Below, piece after piece: positions 8,648 to 20,289 of a stretch of 64,000 bases of DNA. The notes below the pieces were generated by a model. That model worked only from the letters and a program-made list of their open reading frames with translations, had not been told where the DNA came from and did not search any database. A program made the translations under genes and the position numbers. The stretch is from an uncultured Gemmatimonadales bacterium (lineage in GTDB: Bacteria; Gemmatimonadota; Gemmatimonadetes; Gemmatimonadales; GWC2-71-9): the NCBI GenBank assembly GCA_963730185.1, contig CAVSQW010000009.1:128001-192000 (forward strand), in the 5' to 3' direction. How positions within the stretch are numbered: position 1 is the stretch's first letter; each line of letters starts with the position of its first letter.

Positions 8648-10234
8648 GTGACGCGCATTCCCGCCATCCGCACCATCCCGCTGCTGCTCGGCCTCGCGCT
8701 TCTGCTACCCCGGGCGGGCGCCGCTCAGGAACGGGTGGACGCCGACATGATCGCGAGGATCCGGGAAGAGGGCTTTCAGCGGTCCGAGATCATGGACCTG
8801 ATCGGGTACATGAGCGACGTGCTGGGGCCACGACTCACCGCGTCGCCCAACATGCGGCACGCCCAGCAGTGGGCCAAGACCAAGCTCGAAACGATGGGCC
8901 TGACCAACGCCACGATCGAGCCGTTCGGCAAGGCGGGCGTGAGCTGGGCCAACGAGTACACCTCCCTCCATCTCCTCGCCCCGACCTACCAGCCCCTGAT
9001 CGGCTACCCCTATGCCTTTACCCGGGGCACGGCCGGAAAGGTGGTGGCCGACGCGAAGATCGTTCGGATCCGCTCCCGGGACGATTTTGCCACGTATCAG
9101 GGCAAGCTCAAGGGCGCGGTCGTGCTGATCTCACCTCCCCGGCCGACCCCGCTTCGCTTCACGGCCGATGCCGAGCGTCTGAACGACGAGGATCTGGCCA
9201 AGCTCTCGAAGGCCACCATCGGTTCCCGGTTCGGGGCGGACGGCGAGGACAACGAGTGGGATCCGGCCGCCAAGAGCTTTCTGCCGGTGGGGCCCCGGGG
9301 CGGGAGCGGCGGCGGGCTCAGTGCGAGCGACGTGCTGCGGTTTCTCCAGCGCGAGGGCGTCGGCGCGGTACTCGACGCGGCGCCGGGCAGTGATGGAACC
9401 GTCTTCGTGTCAGGCCGTCCGGGGAGCCGGGAGGATCGGTCCTACGCCGGGGTGATGGCGGCGCCGCCGATGGTCGCGCTGGCGGCGGAGCACTACAACC
9501 GGATTTACCGGGTGGTCGAGCGGGGGCTGCCGGCCCGGGTGGAAGTGGAGGTCCGGAACACGGTCGACACGACGGATCAGAACGGCTACAACGTGCTCGC
9601 CGACCTGCCGGGCACCGACCTGGCCGACCAACTGGTGATGGTGGGCGGCCACTTCGACTCCTGGCACGCGGGTACCGGGGCCACGGACGACGGCGCCGGC
9701 GTGGCGGTCGCGATCGAGGCGGTGCGGATTCTCCACTCGCTGGGGGTGAAGCCCCGGCGGACGATCCGGGTAGCGCTCTGGAGCTACGAGGAGGGTGGCA
9801 AGGTCGGGTCGCGGTCGTGGGTCGAGCGGCACGTGGGGAATCCCAAGACCAAAGGGCCGCTCTACGACAAGATTTCGGGATACTTCAACGTCGACAACGG
9901 GGGCGGGCGGCTGCGGGGTGTCTACCTCCAGGGCAACGAGCGAGTCCGGCCGATCTTCGCCTCGTGGATGAAGCCGCTGGCCGACCTCGGGGTCGGGACG
10001 CTGACCATCAACAACACCTTCGGCGTGGACATCGTCGGGTTCGACATGGTGGACGTGCCGGCCTTCCAGTTCATTCAGGATCCACTCGACTACGAAACCC
10101 GGACCCACCATTCGAACATGGACGTGTACGACAAGCTGGTGCCCGACGATCTCCGGAGGAACGCGGTAATCCTGGCGACGTTCCTCTACCAGGCGGCGAT
10201 GCGGGACGGAATGCTCCCCCGAGAGACGCGGTAG
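8648..10234 (+). CDS. Exported M28 family metallopeptidase (carboxypeptidase Q-like)
   Basis: GTG start after AGGAG; signal peptide; GPRLTASP, GGHFDSWH, GATDDGAG, YEEGG, YFNVDNG, THHSNMD. Confidence 0.93.
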   Translation: MTRIPAIRTIPLLLGLALLLPRAGAAQERVDADMIARIREEGFQRSEIMDLIGYMSDVLGPRLTASPNMRHAQQWAKTKLETMGLTNATIEPFGKAGVSWANEYTSLHLLAPTYQPLIGYPYAFTRGTAGKVVADAKIVRIRSRDDFATYQGKLKGAVVLISPPRPTPLRFTADAERLNDEDLAKLSKATIGSRFGADGEDNEWDPAAKSFLPVGPRGGSGGGLSASDVLRFLQREGVGAVLDAAPGSDGTVFVSGRPGSREDRSYAGVMAAPPMVALAAEHYNRIYRVVERGLPARVEVEVRNTVDTTDQNGYNVLADLPGTDLADQLVMVGGHFDSWHAGTGATDDGAGVAVAIEAVRILHSLGVKPRRTIRVALWSYEEGGKVGSRSWVERHVGNPKTKGPLYDKISGYFNVDNGGGRLRGVYLQGNERVRPIFASWMKPLADLGVGTLTINNTFGVDIVGFDMVDVPAFQFIQDPLDYETRTHHSNMDVYDKLVPDDLRRNAVILATFLYQAAMRDGMLPRETR

Positions 10235-10238
10235 GGGC

Positions 10239-11201
10239 TCATCGTCCGGAGGCGTTTCCGGAGGAGTCGCGTCGTCGGAAGGTGGCGGGCGACGAACCCG
10301 TGGCTTTCTTGAAGGCCCGGCTGAAGGCGGCCTCTGAGTCGTAGCCGACTTCGGAGGCGATGGCCGCCACCTTGGCGCTGGACTCGCGGAGCCGGCCCGC
10401 GGCCAACTGCATCCGCCACCGTGCCAGGTACTGCATCGGAGGCATGCCCACCAGCTGAGTGAACCGCTCGGTCAGGCTGGACCGGGACGACGCGGCTTCT
10501 CGCGCCAGGTCCGTGAGGGCCCAGCGACGGCCGGGCTCAGCGTGCAGCAGGGACAGCGCTCGTCCCACCAGCGGGTCGCGGAGGCCCGCGAGCCAGCCGC
10601 CGGCATCGTCCGACTCGGCGTCGAGGTATCGGCGCAGCACCTCGATGAACATCAGCTCGGCCAGCCGGGTGAGCATCGACTCGGCCCCGGCCCGCCTCGA
10701 ACGAGTCTCCTCGACCACCTGCCGGGCGAAGATCCCGACGATCCCTTCCGAGAGTGCCCGGATGCGGATCTGTGACGGGAGGGCTGCACAGAGCGGGTTG
10801 AACGGTTGCCGGTCACAGCCGAAGAACTCGCAGACGAGAGTGACGTCGGCGTGCTCCGGATCGCCGAAGGCGGTGACCCCGGGGAAACGCGGTACCGACT
10901 TGACCGAGAACACCTCGGGGCCCGGCTCGGGTCCGCTGGACATGACGTGGGCGTCGCCGCGAGGGAACAGAATCACGTCGCCGGCCTCGAGGGGCACCGG
11001 CGGGGTGCCACTCACGCCGCCCCAGCACCGCCCGGTTAGGACCAGGTGATAGGCGATCAGCTGCTCGGAGCCCGGCAGGATCCGGGGCGAGAGCTCCGAG
11101 GCCGGCGCCGCTTCGATCCCCCAGGGGCCGGAGGCGTGGGTCTGAAAGAAGTGGGCCCCGGTCAGGCGGACGGCCCGCAGCAGGTCGGACAACGGATCCA
11201 T
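10239..11201 (-). CDS. AraC family regulator with N-terminal cupin domain (RclR-like)
   Basis: MDPLSDLLRAVRLTG start, GWLAGLRDPLVGRAL, PPMQYLARWRMQLA, VGYDSEAAFSRAFKK. Confidence 0.95.
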   Translation of the reverse strand: MDPLSDLLRAVRLTGAHFFQTHASGPWGIEAAPASELSPRILPGSEQLIAYHLVLTGRCWGGVSGTPPVPLEAGDVILFPRGDAHVMSSGPEPGPEVFSVKSVPRFPGVTAFGDPEHADVTLVCEFFGCDRQPFNPLCAALPSQIRIRALSEGIVGIFARQVVEETRSRRAGAESMLTRLAELMFIEVLRRYLDAESDDAGGWLAGLRDPLVGRALSLLHAEPGRRWALTDLAREAASSRSSLTERFTQLVGMPPMQYLARWRMQLAAGRLRESSAKVAAIASEVGYDSEAAFSRAFKKATGSSPATFRRRDSSGNASGR

Positions 11202-11230
11202 GGGATCGGCCCCTCGTCGGGCCAGTCGAC

Positions 11231-11306
11231 GGACGTCAGGCCCTGCCGGCGGGACGCCAGAGCAAGGCGTCGGAAGGTCCGGACGTCCTGCAGGGAAGTC
11301 CGGACG
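11231..11306 (+). promoter_or_regulatory. Two pairs of 21-bp-spaced GGACG direct repeats, putative AraC-family binding sites
   Basis: GGACG at 11231/11252 and at 11281/11302; the second pair extends to GTCCGGACG at 11277 and 11298. Lies between the divergent AraC and methyltransferase genes. Confidence 0.65.
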
Positions 11307-11393
11307 AATGGTCATTCTCGCGTCCTCGACCGGCTCCTAGTCTAGTGGCCGACCCTTTGCTTCACCAACGTCTTCCACCCGGAGCCGACCACC

Positions 11394-12239
11394 ATGACCC
11401 AGCCTTCCACCGCCGTTTCCCCCGCCGCGTGGTCCCCCTTGGCGGAGGGCGACCCGCTGGTGACCCGGACCCGCGCGGTCTGGACCGCCGGCGACTTCGA
11501 GCGGATCGCGGCCGGCTATCGGAGCGGGGCCGCCGAGTTCGTGACCCGGCTCGACCTGCCGGCCACCGAGACGGTGCTCGACGTGGCCTGCGGCACGGGG
11601 AATGTCGCTCTGCCGGCAGCGACCGGGGGCGCCCGCGTCACGGGAATCGACATCGCCCCGAATCTGCTCGCCACGGCTCGGGCGCGAGCCGTGGCCGAAG
11701 GCCTCACGATCGAGTTCGACGAGGGGAACGCCGAAGCCTTACCGTACGCCGACGGCGCGTTCGACGCGGTCGTTTCCATGTTCGGTGCGATGTTCGCCCC
11801 GCGCCCCGAGCGGGTAGCCCACGAGCTGCTCCGGGTGGTCCGCCCCGGCGGGCGGATCGCGATGGCGAACTGGACCCCGGGCAGCTTCATCGGCGCCATG
11901 CTCCGGGCCCACACCGCGCTCGTCCCTCCGCCGGCGGGGGTCCCGAGCACCCTGCTCTGGGGTGACGACGCCAGCGTCCGCGAGCGGCTGGCGGGCGCCC
12001 GGGAGGTCGCGCTCACCCGGCGAGTGATCGTCTTCGAGTACCCGGTCCCCCCCGAGGGCGTGGTGCAACTGTTCCGGGAGTGGTACGGCCCCACCATCCG
12101 GACGTTCGGCGCCCTCTACGCGGCCGGTCAGGAGCGTCTGGTCCGGGACCTGACGGCGCTCTGGTCCGACCACAACCTGGTGCGCGACGGCCGGACCAGG
12201 GTCGAGTCGGAATACCTCGAGGTGAGGGCGACTCGCTAG
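11394..12239 (+). CDS. Class I SAM-dependent methyltransferase
   Basis: VLDVACGTGN motif I, GNAEALPY, FDAVVSMFGAMFAP, RPGGRIAMANWTP. Confidence 0.93.
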   Translation: MTQPSTAVSPAAWSPLAEGDPLVTRTRAVWTAGDFERIAAGYRSGAAEFVTRLDLPATETVLDVACGTGNVALPAATGGARVTGIDIAPNLLATARARAVAEGLTIEFDEGNAEALPYADGAFDAVVSMFGAMFAPRPERVAHELLRVVRPGGRIAMANWTPGSFIGAMLRAHTALVPPPAGVPSTLLWGDDASVRERLAGAREVALTRRVIVFEYPVPPEGVVQLFREWYGPTIRTFGALYAAGQERLVRDLTALWSDHNLVRDGRTRVESEYLEVRATR

Positions 12240-14083
12240 CGAACCGGTGCCAGGGGCAGCTCCACCCGGGAGGGGTGGGTCAGGTCCCGATAGATCCACA
12301 CCATCGGGGGCGGGAAGGGATGCACCTGATGGTGGGTGTCGCGATCGGCGCCCGTGACGGTTACCCGGATCCGATGGCCGCTGACGAATCGCTTGGCGGT
12401 CGGCAGCAGGTCGAACACCAGTTCCACGGGATGATTGGGAAGGAGCGATACGTCCTCGATCCGACCCGAATGCCACGGCAGACCGAAGTTCCGGTAGGGC
12501 GCCGGATCGAGCTTTCGCTGGGATCCGCGGAGCACGCCTTCGGTCACGTAGCGGGAGGTCCCGTCGGGGGCGACGTCCTCGAGATAGGCGAAGACGTCGG
12601 CGTCGCTCATCGACGAGCGGAGCCAGAGGTGGACGATCGGGCTCCCGATCACCTCGACGTCCCGAGCAAGTGACTCCGACGTCCAGGTCCATCCTTTCGC
12701 GTCGTTGGCCCGCAGGTCCGGGTACCCGGCCTCGCCGCCGTAGGTATTCGCCCATCGGGTTCCGGGGCCGAGGCTGGCGGTGGTGTCGACCCACTGGCTA
12801 TCGGCGCCGGCCGCGTTTCGAGGGGCCGTCCGCGCCAGGCGCCCGTCGTTGGCCGAGGAGATGGTGCCCGAAGGACCCGCGGTGAGGTAGAACGGAGTGG
12901 CGACGGCGGACGGGATCGGCCAGGTGGTGGCCGTGCGCCACGCCTTGCCGTCCGGGGCGTCGAGCACGTAGTACCGGATCGGCGGCTCCTTCATGATCCC
13001 GTTGTCGATGCCCTTGAGCCAGTAGTCGAACCAGCGGACCCGCTCGAGGCCGAGATCGAACCCCTGACTCTGGCCGTGAAACCAGGGTCCGACGATGAGC
13101 TTCTGGGGAACGGTGAGGTTGCCAAACCAGAGCAGCTGATCGCGCGGGAAGGCGTCCATCCAGCCCGCCATCTGATACACGGCGACCCCGGATCGATTGA
13201 GACCGTCGAGGTAGGTCGCCGGTCCTCGTTCCCGGTGAATCATCTTGCCGGTCAGTGGATCGATGCTGTTTCGGTAGGGTACGCCGCTCCACATGTCGAG
13301 CATGTTTCGGTTGGCCCGATGCTCGGCGATGGCGGAGTCGCGGAGGGCGGGGCCGTCGGGACCGTCGACCGGAGCCACGCCGTCGAAGGTCAGCGGGCCC
13401 CAGCTGAAGTGCTCCGAGCGGTCGAGCTGCTGGGTGAGGCGGTTCCAATGGTCGAAGAAATCGTCCCGGAATACGCCGCCCGGGTAGATGAACGGGTACC
13501 ACTCGAACACCACCATCTCCGGGAAGATCGCCTTGAGATGGGGCGGCCGTTCCGCGGCGGCGAAGAGCTGGGTGATGCCGAGGTAGGAGCGTCCGGACAT
13601 TCCGATTTTTCCGCTCGACCAGGGCTGGGCCGCGAGCCATTCGGTGATCTCGTAGGCGTCCCTGGCCTCTTCCCGCATGAAGAAGCCCTCCTGGGTGCCG
13701 AACGACGCTCCCCCGCCCCGGGTGTCGACCACCGCCACGACGTAGCCGTGGCGGAGCAGCTGATCGATCCCCCGCCCGAAGCCGGAGGGATAGTCGACCA
13801 GCTGCCCCTTGCTGTAGAACGCCCGCAGGTACCGGTGGTGCGACCAGACTACGGGAAGCCGCTCCTGGTGGAGCACGCCGCCCCGGGTGGGACGGAAGAG
13901 GTCCACCGCGAGGCGGGTGCCGTCGCGCATGGTCAGGTAGAACGAGCTCCGTTCCCACCCGTCGTAGCTGGCTTCCGAATACCCCTGGTACTCCCCGGGG
14001 CGGGAGACCTTGGCCTGGCCCGCGAGCGCGGGGACGAGGACGAGCGCGACGGCGAGCATGACACCGGCACGACGGAGGCGCAT
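12236..14083 (-). CDS. Exported CocE/NonD family hydrolase
   Basis: Start ATG 14083 after GAGGAG; signal peptide; MRDGTRLAVD, DTRGGGAS, GRSYLG nucleophile, GWMD, GPWFH, PepX_C-like C-terminus. Confidence 0.92.
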   Translation of the reverse strand: MRLRRAGVMLAVALVLVPALAGQAKVSRPGEYQGYSEASYDGWERSSFYLTMRDGTRLAVDLFRPTRGGVLHQERLPVVWSHHRYLRAFYSKGQLVDYPSGFGRGIDQLLRHGYVVAVVDTRGGGASFGTQEGFFMREEARDAYEITEWLAAQPWSSGKIGMSGRSYLGITQLFAAAERPPHLKAIFPEMVVFEWYPFIYPGGVFRDDFFDHWNRLTQQLDRSEHFSWGPLTFDGVAPVDGPDGPALRDSAIAEHRANRNMLDMWSGVPYRNSIDPLTGKMIHRERGPATYLDGLNRSGVAVYQMAGWMDAFPRDQLLWFGNLTVPQKLIVGPWFHGQSQGFDLGLERVRWFDYWLKGIDNGIMKEPPIRYYVLDAPDGKAWRTATTWPIPSAVATPFYLTAGPSGTISSANDGRLARTAPRNAAGADSQWVDTTASLGPGTRWANTYGGEAGYPDLRANDAKGWTWTSESLARDVEVIGSPIVHLWLRSSMSDADVFAYLEDVAPDGTSRYVTEGVLRGSQRKLDPAPYRNFGLPWHSGRIEDVSLLPNHPVELVFDLLPTAKRFVSGHRIRVTVTGADRDTHHQVHPFPPPMVWIYRDLTHPSRVELPLAPVR

Positions 14084-14127
14084 GGGCTGGACTCCTCGTG
14101 GAGGGAACCTGCGCGGTGGCCGTTTCC

Positions 14128-15675
14128 TCAGCGGAAGGCGGCCTCGAGCACGTGGCCGTCGAGCCGCTCGGTCGGTTTCACGTCGGCGACGGCCGCCAGC
14201 GTCGGGGCCATGTCGACGACCCGGACCTCGCCGCCGTAGCGGCCCGGCTTGAAGGGCGGGCCGTAGAAGATCATGGGGACGTGGGCGTCGTAGTCGTGTG
14301 GCGAGCCGTGCGTCGCGACGATCGGGTAGTCCCAAATGTCGCCCGCTGCGAGGGTGACGACCACCTGGGGCTCGAGGTCGTCGGGGAACATGTGGAGCCA
14401 GCGTCGGGCCACGGCGTCCTTGGTGGTGTCGACCTGGTCGAGCTGATCGAACCGGTCCACCCGGGCGACGCCGGGAATCTGCCGCGCCGCCCGGATGAAC
14501 GCGTCCATGGCGACCGCGCGAACCGCCGGTTCGGCGAAGAAGGCCCCGCTCTCGAGGTCGATGGCCGTCGTGTCCCCGCCGGCCTTCGCGATGGCGGCGC
14601 GGGTCGCGACCATCGCGGGCGCCATGTCCACCCGGATGTGTCCGTGGAGCTCGGGGATCGGGTCGACCCCGTGATCCGCCGTGAGCGCGAAGACCACCTG
14701 GCTCGAATCGACGAGCTGGTAGAGTGAGTCGATGAATCGGCCCAGGGTGCGATCCAAGCGGAGGATCTGGTCGTGGATCTCGCGCGACTCGGGGCCGAAG
14801 CGGTGGCCGATCTGATCGGTTGCCGAAAACGAGACTGCGAGGAGATCGGTCTGGGGTCCCTGTCCCAGACCGAGTGTCGCCGCCCCGTCGAGCGCGAACG
14901 CGGCGTCGAGCGCATCCATCATCGGGAAGATGATATAGAACGCCTCGGCCCGGGCGGTGTCCGCCGGGATCTGGTGAGGGAAGACCAGGTTCCGACCGAA
15001 GTTCTCGATCGGCACGCTGTCCTTCTCGGCGTACTCGGACGCGGGTCGGAGCAGGGTCCATTCGGTGCCCGCGGCCCGGGCCGGGATCCGGCGCGCGTTG
15101 AACCGCTGGACCCAGGTCGGGAGGGTGTCGGCGTACCAAGTGCTGGTCGTGAAGGTGCCGTTCGATCCGTACCAGTAAACTTGCTGCTTGGACCGGCCGA
15201 TCGGCAGGATCGCGGCCCGGTCCTTCTGCGACACCGAGAGCACCTTGGTCCGGGGATCCTTGGCCACCAGCCAGTCGGTCAGGGTGGTGCCGCGGAATCG
15301 GAACGGCGCCGCGCCGAGATCGCGGGGCGCGCCGATCAGGGGCCAACGGGGGTCGTTGACGCCCAGCAAGTTGCGGGTGATGCCGGTGCTGCTCGGGTAG
15401 CGGCCCGACATGGTGGTCGCATGGCCTGGTGCGGTCTCGGTGATGGCGTGGTCCTGGAACGCGTCGGTGAAGTAGGCGCCTCCATCGAGGAGCCGCTTGA
15501 GCCCGCCGGTGAACTCGCTCCGGTAACGAGCCAGATAGTCGGGATGGAACTGATCGACGGTGATGAAGACGACGAGCCGGGGCGGCGAGGTCCGGGCCCG
15601 CGGTGAGGACGGGGCCGGCGCCCCGCAAGAGATGATCAGGACGGCGGCGGCGAAGACGGCTGCTAGGCGATTCAC
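14128..15675 (-). CDS. PafA-type alkaline phosphatase/nucleotide pyrophosphatase family lipoprotein
   Basis: Lipobox-like LIISCG; ITVDQF, TETAPGHAT (Thr nucleophile), KDRAAIL, DQIGH, TADHG, HGSPHDYD. Confidence 0.93.
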   Translation of the reverse strand: MNRLAAVFAAAVLIISCGAPAPSSPRARTSPPRLVVFITVDQFHPDYLARYRSEFTGGLKRLLDGGAYFTDAFQDHAITETAPGHATTMSGRYPSSTGITRNLLGVNDPRWPLIGAPRDLGAAPFRFRGTTLTDWLVAKDPRTKVLSVSQKDRAAILPIGRSKQQVYWYGSNGTFTTSTWYADTLPTWVQRFNARRIPARAAGTEWTLLRPASEYAEKDSVPIENFGRNLVFPHQIPADTARAEAFYIIFPMMDALDAAFALDGAATLGLGQGPQTDLLAVSFSATDQIGHRFGPESREIHDQILRLDRTLGRFIDSLYQLVDSSQVVFALTADHGVDPIPELHGHIRVDMAPAMVATRAAIAKAGGDTTAIDLESGAFFAEPAVRAVAMDAFIRAARQIPGVARVDRFDQLDQVDTTKDAVARRWLHMFPDDLEPQVVVTLAAGDIWDYPIVATHGSPHDYDAHVPMIFYGPPFKPGRYGGEVRVVDMAPTLAAVADVKPTERLDGHVLEAAFR

Positions 15676-15847
15676 GAGATCGTTACTCGGGCGAGGAGGG
15701 CAGAGTGGGATAATACCCGTCGGAGCGCGACAGAGGAACGGGCCACGCCCCCCGAGATCACCCCCAGAGCGCCCCCCTCGCGGCCGGCGGCGATCCGGGC
15801 TATATCACCGGGACCACTCCGCCCCAAGCGATCACGATGGAGGTGTC

Positions 15848-16894
15848 ATGCTGGTCCGGCTCAGCCTGCTCGGCCTGCTCGTTGCCGTACCCGCCCAGGC
15901 CCAACTTCCGACCCCGAAGGAACCGGAACGGTTGTTCCGGTCCCGAGAGCCGCTCGACCTGACCCTGCTCGCCCCGCTCAAGGCCCTCTTCAAGAATCGC
16001 GACACCCTGGACAAGAAGCCGGTCGAAGGCATCCTGGTGGTTCGCGAGGGCACCTCGGCGGACTCCATTCCCGTCAAGCTCGAGACTCGCGGGCACTATC
16101 GCCTCAAGTCCTCGACCTGCCGGTTCGCGCCGCTCAAGGTGTATTTCGACAAGCCGGCCGCCAAGGAAACCCCGTTCCGAGGCCAGGGATCACTTAAGCT
16201 GATTACCCACTGCAACGACAACGAAAAATACGAGCAGAACGTTCTGGTCGAGGAGGGGATCTACCGGGTCTACAACCTGCTGACCCCACTGAGTCACCGG
16301 ACCCGCCTGGCTCACATCCGGTACGTCATCATCGACGACGAGGATCACGGCACGCCGAAGGAGATCACCCGCTACGGTTTCTTCCTGGAGGACGACGACG
16401 CGATGGGCAAGCGGGTGGGGGGCAAGGAGAACATGGTCCCGAGCCTTGCCCTGAGCGATCTGGACGTAGATCAGGTCGACCTGATGTCGGTGTTCGAGTA
16501 CATGGTCGGGAATACGGACTGGTCGGTCTACGCCCTCCACAACGTTCGGGTGGTGCAGTTCGAAGGGCTGAGCTTCTTCTATCCGGTGGCGTACGACTTC
16601 GACTTCTCAGGACTCGTGAACGCTCCCTATGCCGTGCCGGACTATCGGCTGCCGATCAAGAACGTCCGCCAGCGGCTCTATCGAGGGCCCTGCCGCAAGC
16701 TCGAGGAGCTGACCCCGATGCTCCAGCGTTTCATCGGGCGGAAGGACTCGATCGAAGCGATCTTCCGCGACCAGCCGGGGATCGATCCGAAACGGGTCGA
16801 GGACGTGGTCGAATACCTGGACGACTTCTTCGAGCAAGCCGCGTCACCCAAGGATTTCGACCGCGCCCTCGACTACGCCTGCCGGAACCGCTAG
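15848..16894 (+). CDS. Exported hypothetical protein with CotH-like (protein kinase-like) motifs
   Basis: ATG after GGAGGT; signal peptide ending AQA; TRGHYR, LKLITHC, EEGIYRVY, VGNTDWS..HN, YDFDFSG. Confidence 0.7.
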   Translation: MLVRLSLLGLLVAVPAQAQLPTPKEPERLFRSREPLDLTLLAPLKALFKNRDTLDKKPVEGILVVREGTSADSIPVKLETRGHYRLKSSTCRFAPLKVYFDKPAAKETPFRGQGSLKLITHCNDNEKYEQNVLVEEGIYRVYNLLTPLSHRTRLAHIRYVIIDDEDHGTPKEITRYGFFLEDDDAMGKRVGGKENMVPSLALSDLDVDQVDLMSVFEYMVGNTDWSVYALHNVRVVQFEGLSFFYPVAYDFDFSGLVNAPYAVPDYRLPIKNVRQRLYRGPCRKLEELTPMLQRFIGRKDSIEAIFRDQPGIDPKRVEDVVEYLDDFFEQAASPKDFDRALDYACRNR

Positions 16895-16895
16895 G

Positions 16896-17917
16896 TCAGC
16901 CGGCGACGTCCCAGGTCCGGCCGGCTCGGAGCAGCGTTTCCAGGTCGGCGGGGCCTTTCGCTTCGGCCATCTGCCGGTACACCGCGTCGGTGTAGGACCG
17001 GTCCGGATGGCAGTAGAGCACGCCGAGGGCTTCGGGGAAGGTCGGCGGCGCGAGGCCGGCCAGCAATGCCGCCAGGGTGCGGTTGGTCTCGTCGTGCACC
17101 AGCACGTCGGCCTCCGCGACCCCGCCCTGTCCCACCGCCACCACTTCGAGATCGAGGCTGTTGGGCCGGAGCCGGAGCCCGTGCTCCCGATTTTTGCCGA
17201 AGAGGAGGGGCTGGCCGTGCTCCACCAAGAGCTGGCGCTCGGGCGCGACGGCCTTCTGGGTGAACTCGTCGAACACACCGTCGTTGTAGACAACGCAGTT
17301 CTGGAAGATCTCGACGAAGCTGGCGCCGTGATGCTCGTGGGCCCGCTTCAGGACTCCGATCAGGTGGGCCTGCTGGGTGTCGACCGAGCGGGCCACGAAC
17401 CGGGCGCCGGCCCCGAGCGCGAACAGTGCCGGGGTGACCGGGGCTTCGAGCGAGCCGAGCGGCGTCGAAGGTGACTTGGTGCCGACCCGGGAGGTCGGCG
17501 AGTACTGCCCCTTGGTGAGCCCGTAGATCTCGTTGTTGAAGAGCAGGATCTGGGTGTCGAGGTTCCGGCGGAGCACGTGCAGCATGTGATTGCCGCCGAT
17601 GCTCAACCCGTCGCCATCGCCGGTGACGATCCAGACGTCGAGCTCCGGCTGGGCGAGCTTGAGCCCGGTGGCGATTGCCGGCGCCCGGCCGTGGATGGTA
17701 TGGAACCCATAGGTCGACATGTAGTACGGGAACCGTGACGAGCAGCCGATGCCGGACACGAACACGGTCGACTCGCGGCGGGCGCCGATCTCGGCCAGGG
17801 TGCGCTGCACGGCCTTGAGAATGGCGTAATCACCGCAGCCGGGACACCAACGGACCTCCTGATCGGAGGCGAAGTCGTTGGCCTTGAGCTTCTCGGCGGG
17901 AGGCGGAGGCGCGACGG

Positions 17918-17921
<4 letters not shown>
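16896..17921 (-). CDS. korB: 2-oxoacid:ferredoxin oxidoreductase beta subunit
   Basis: WCPGCGD, SGIGCSSRFPYY, HGRAPAIATG, GDGD...NN TPP motif, YGLTKGQYSPT. Confidence 0.96.
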
Positions 17922-19792
<1,871 letters not shown>

Positions 19793-19869
19793 GACTTCAT
19801 CTATCCAGAGAAAAGGTCCGTAGCTGTAAGGTGGTAGCGTCCGGGGCGAATGGAAAGCGGGCCCGGGCC

Positions 19870-20289
19870 TCAGACGGGCCACCAGAGCCCGGGGGTGGCC
19901 AGCTCCAGGAGGTGACCGTCGGGATCCCGGAAATAGAGGCTGGTGCCGCCACGGGGCCACCGGGTCTCGGCCTCGACGGCAATGCCGGCCGAGGCCAACC
20001 GCCGCCGCCAGTCGTCGAGGGCCTCCATCGCGATCGAAAAGGCGCAGTGGATCCGCCCGGTGGCGTCGTGGGGGGGAATCGTTCCGGAGGGGCCGGATAC
20101 CGCTTCGGCGGTGCCACCCTGCCGGAAGAGCAGCAGCACCTGGCGTCCCGGCACTTCGAGAGCGGTCATCCGCTCGTCGGCGAACAGGGTAGTGAACCCG
20201 AACAAAGTCCGGTAGAAGGTGGAAGATCGCTTCAGGTCGGCCACGTAGAGCGAGCTCTCCAAGAGGCCGGTGACCCGAGGCTCACTCAT
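19870..20289 (-). CDS. VOC/glyoxalase family protein
   Basis: ATG 20289 overlaps the Kir stop; LESSLYVADL..S..FY..LFG, HCAFSI, SLYFRDPDGHLLEL. Confidence 0.92.
   Translation of the reverse strand: MSEPRVTGLLESSLYVADLKRSSTFYRTLFGFTTLFADERMTALEVPGRQVLLLFRQGGTAEAVSGPSGTIPPHDATGRIHCAFSIAMEALDDWRRRLASAGIAVEAETRWPRGGTSLYFRDPDGHLLELATPGLWWPV

Noticed and set aside
12236..15628. 1130-aa ORF as a phosphatase-CocE fusion
   Set aside because: The first 515 codons are an off-frame, Arg/Pro-rich reading of the phosphatase gene; CocE has its own RBS and signal peptide at 14083.
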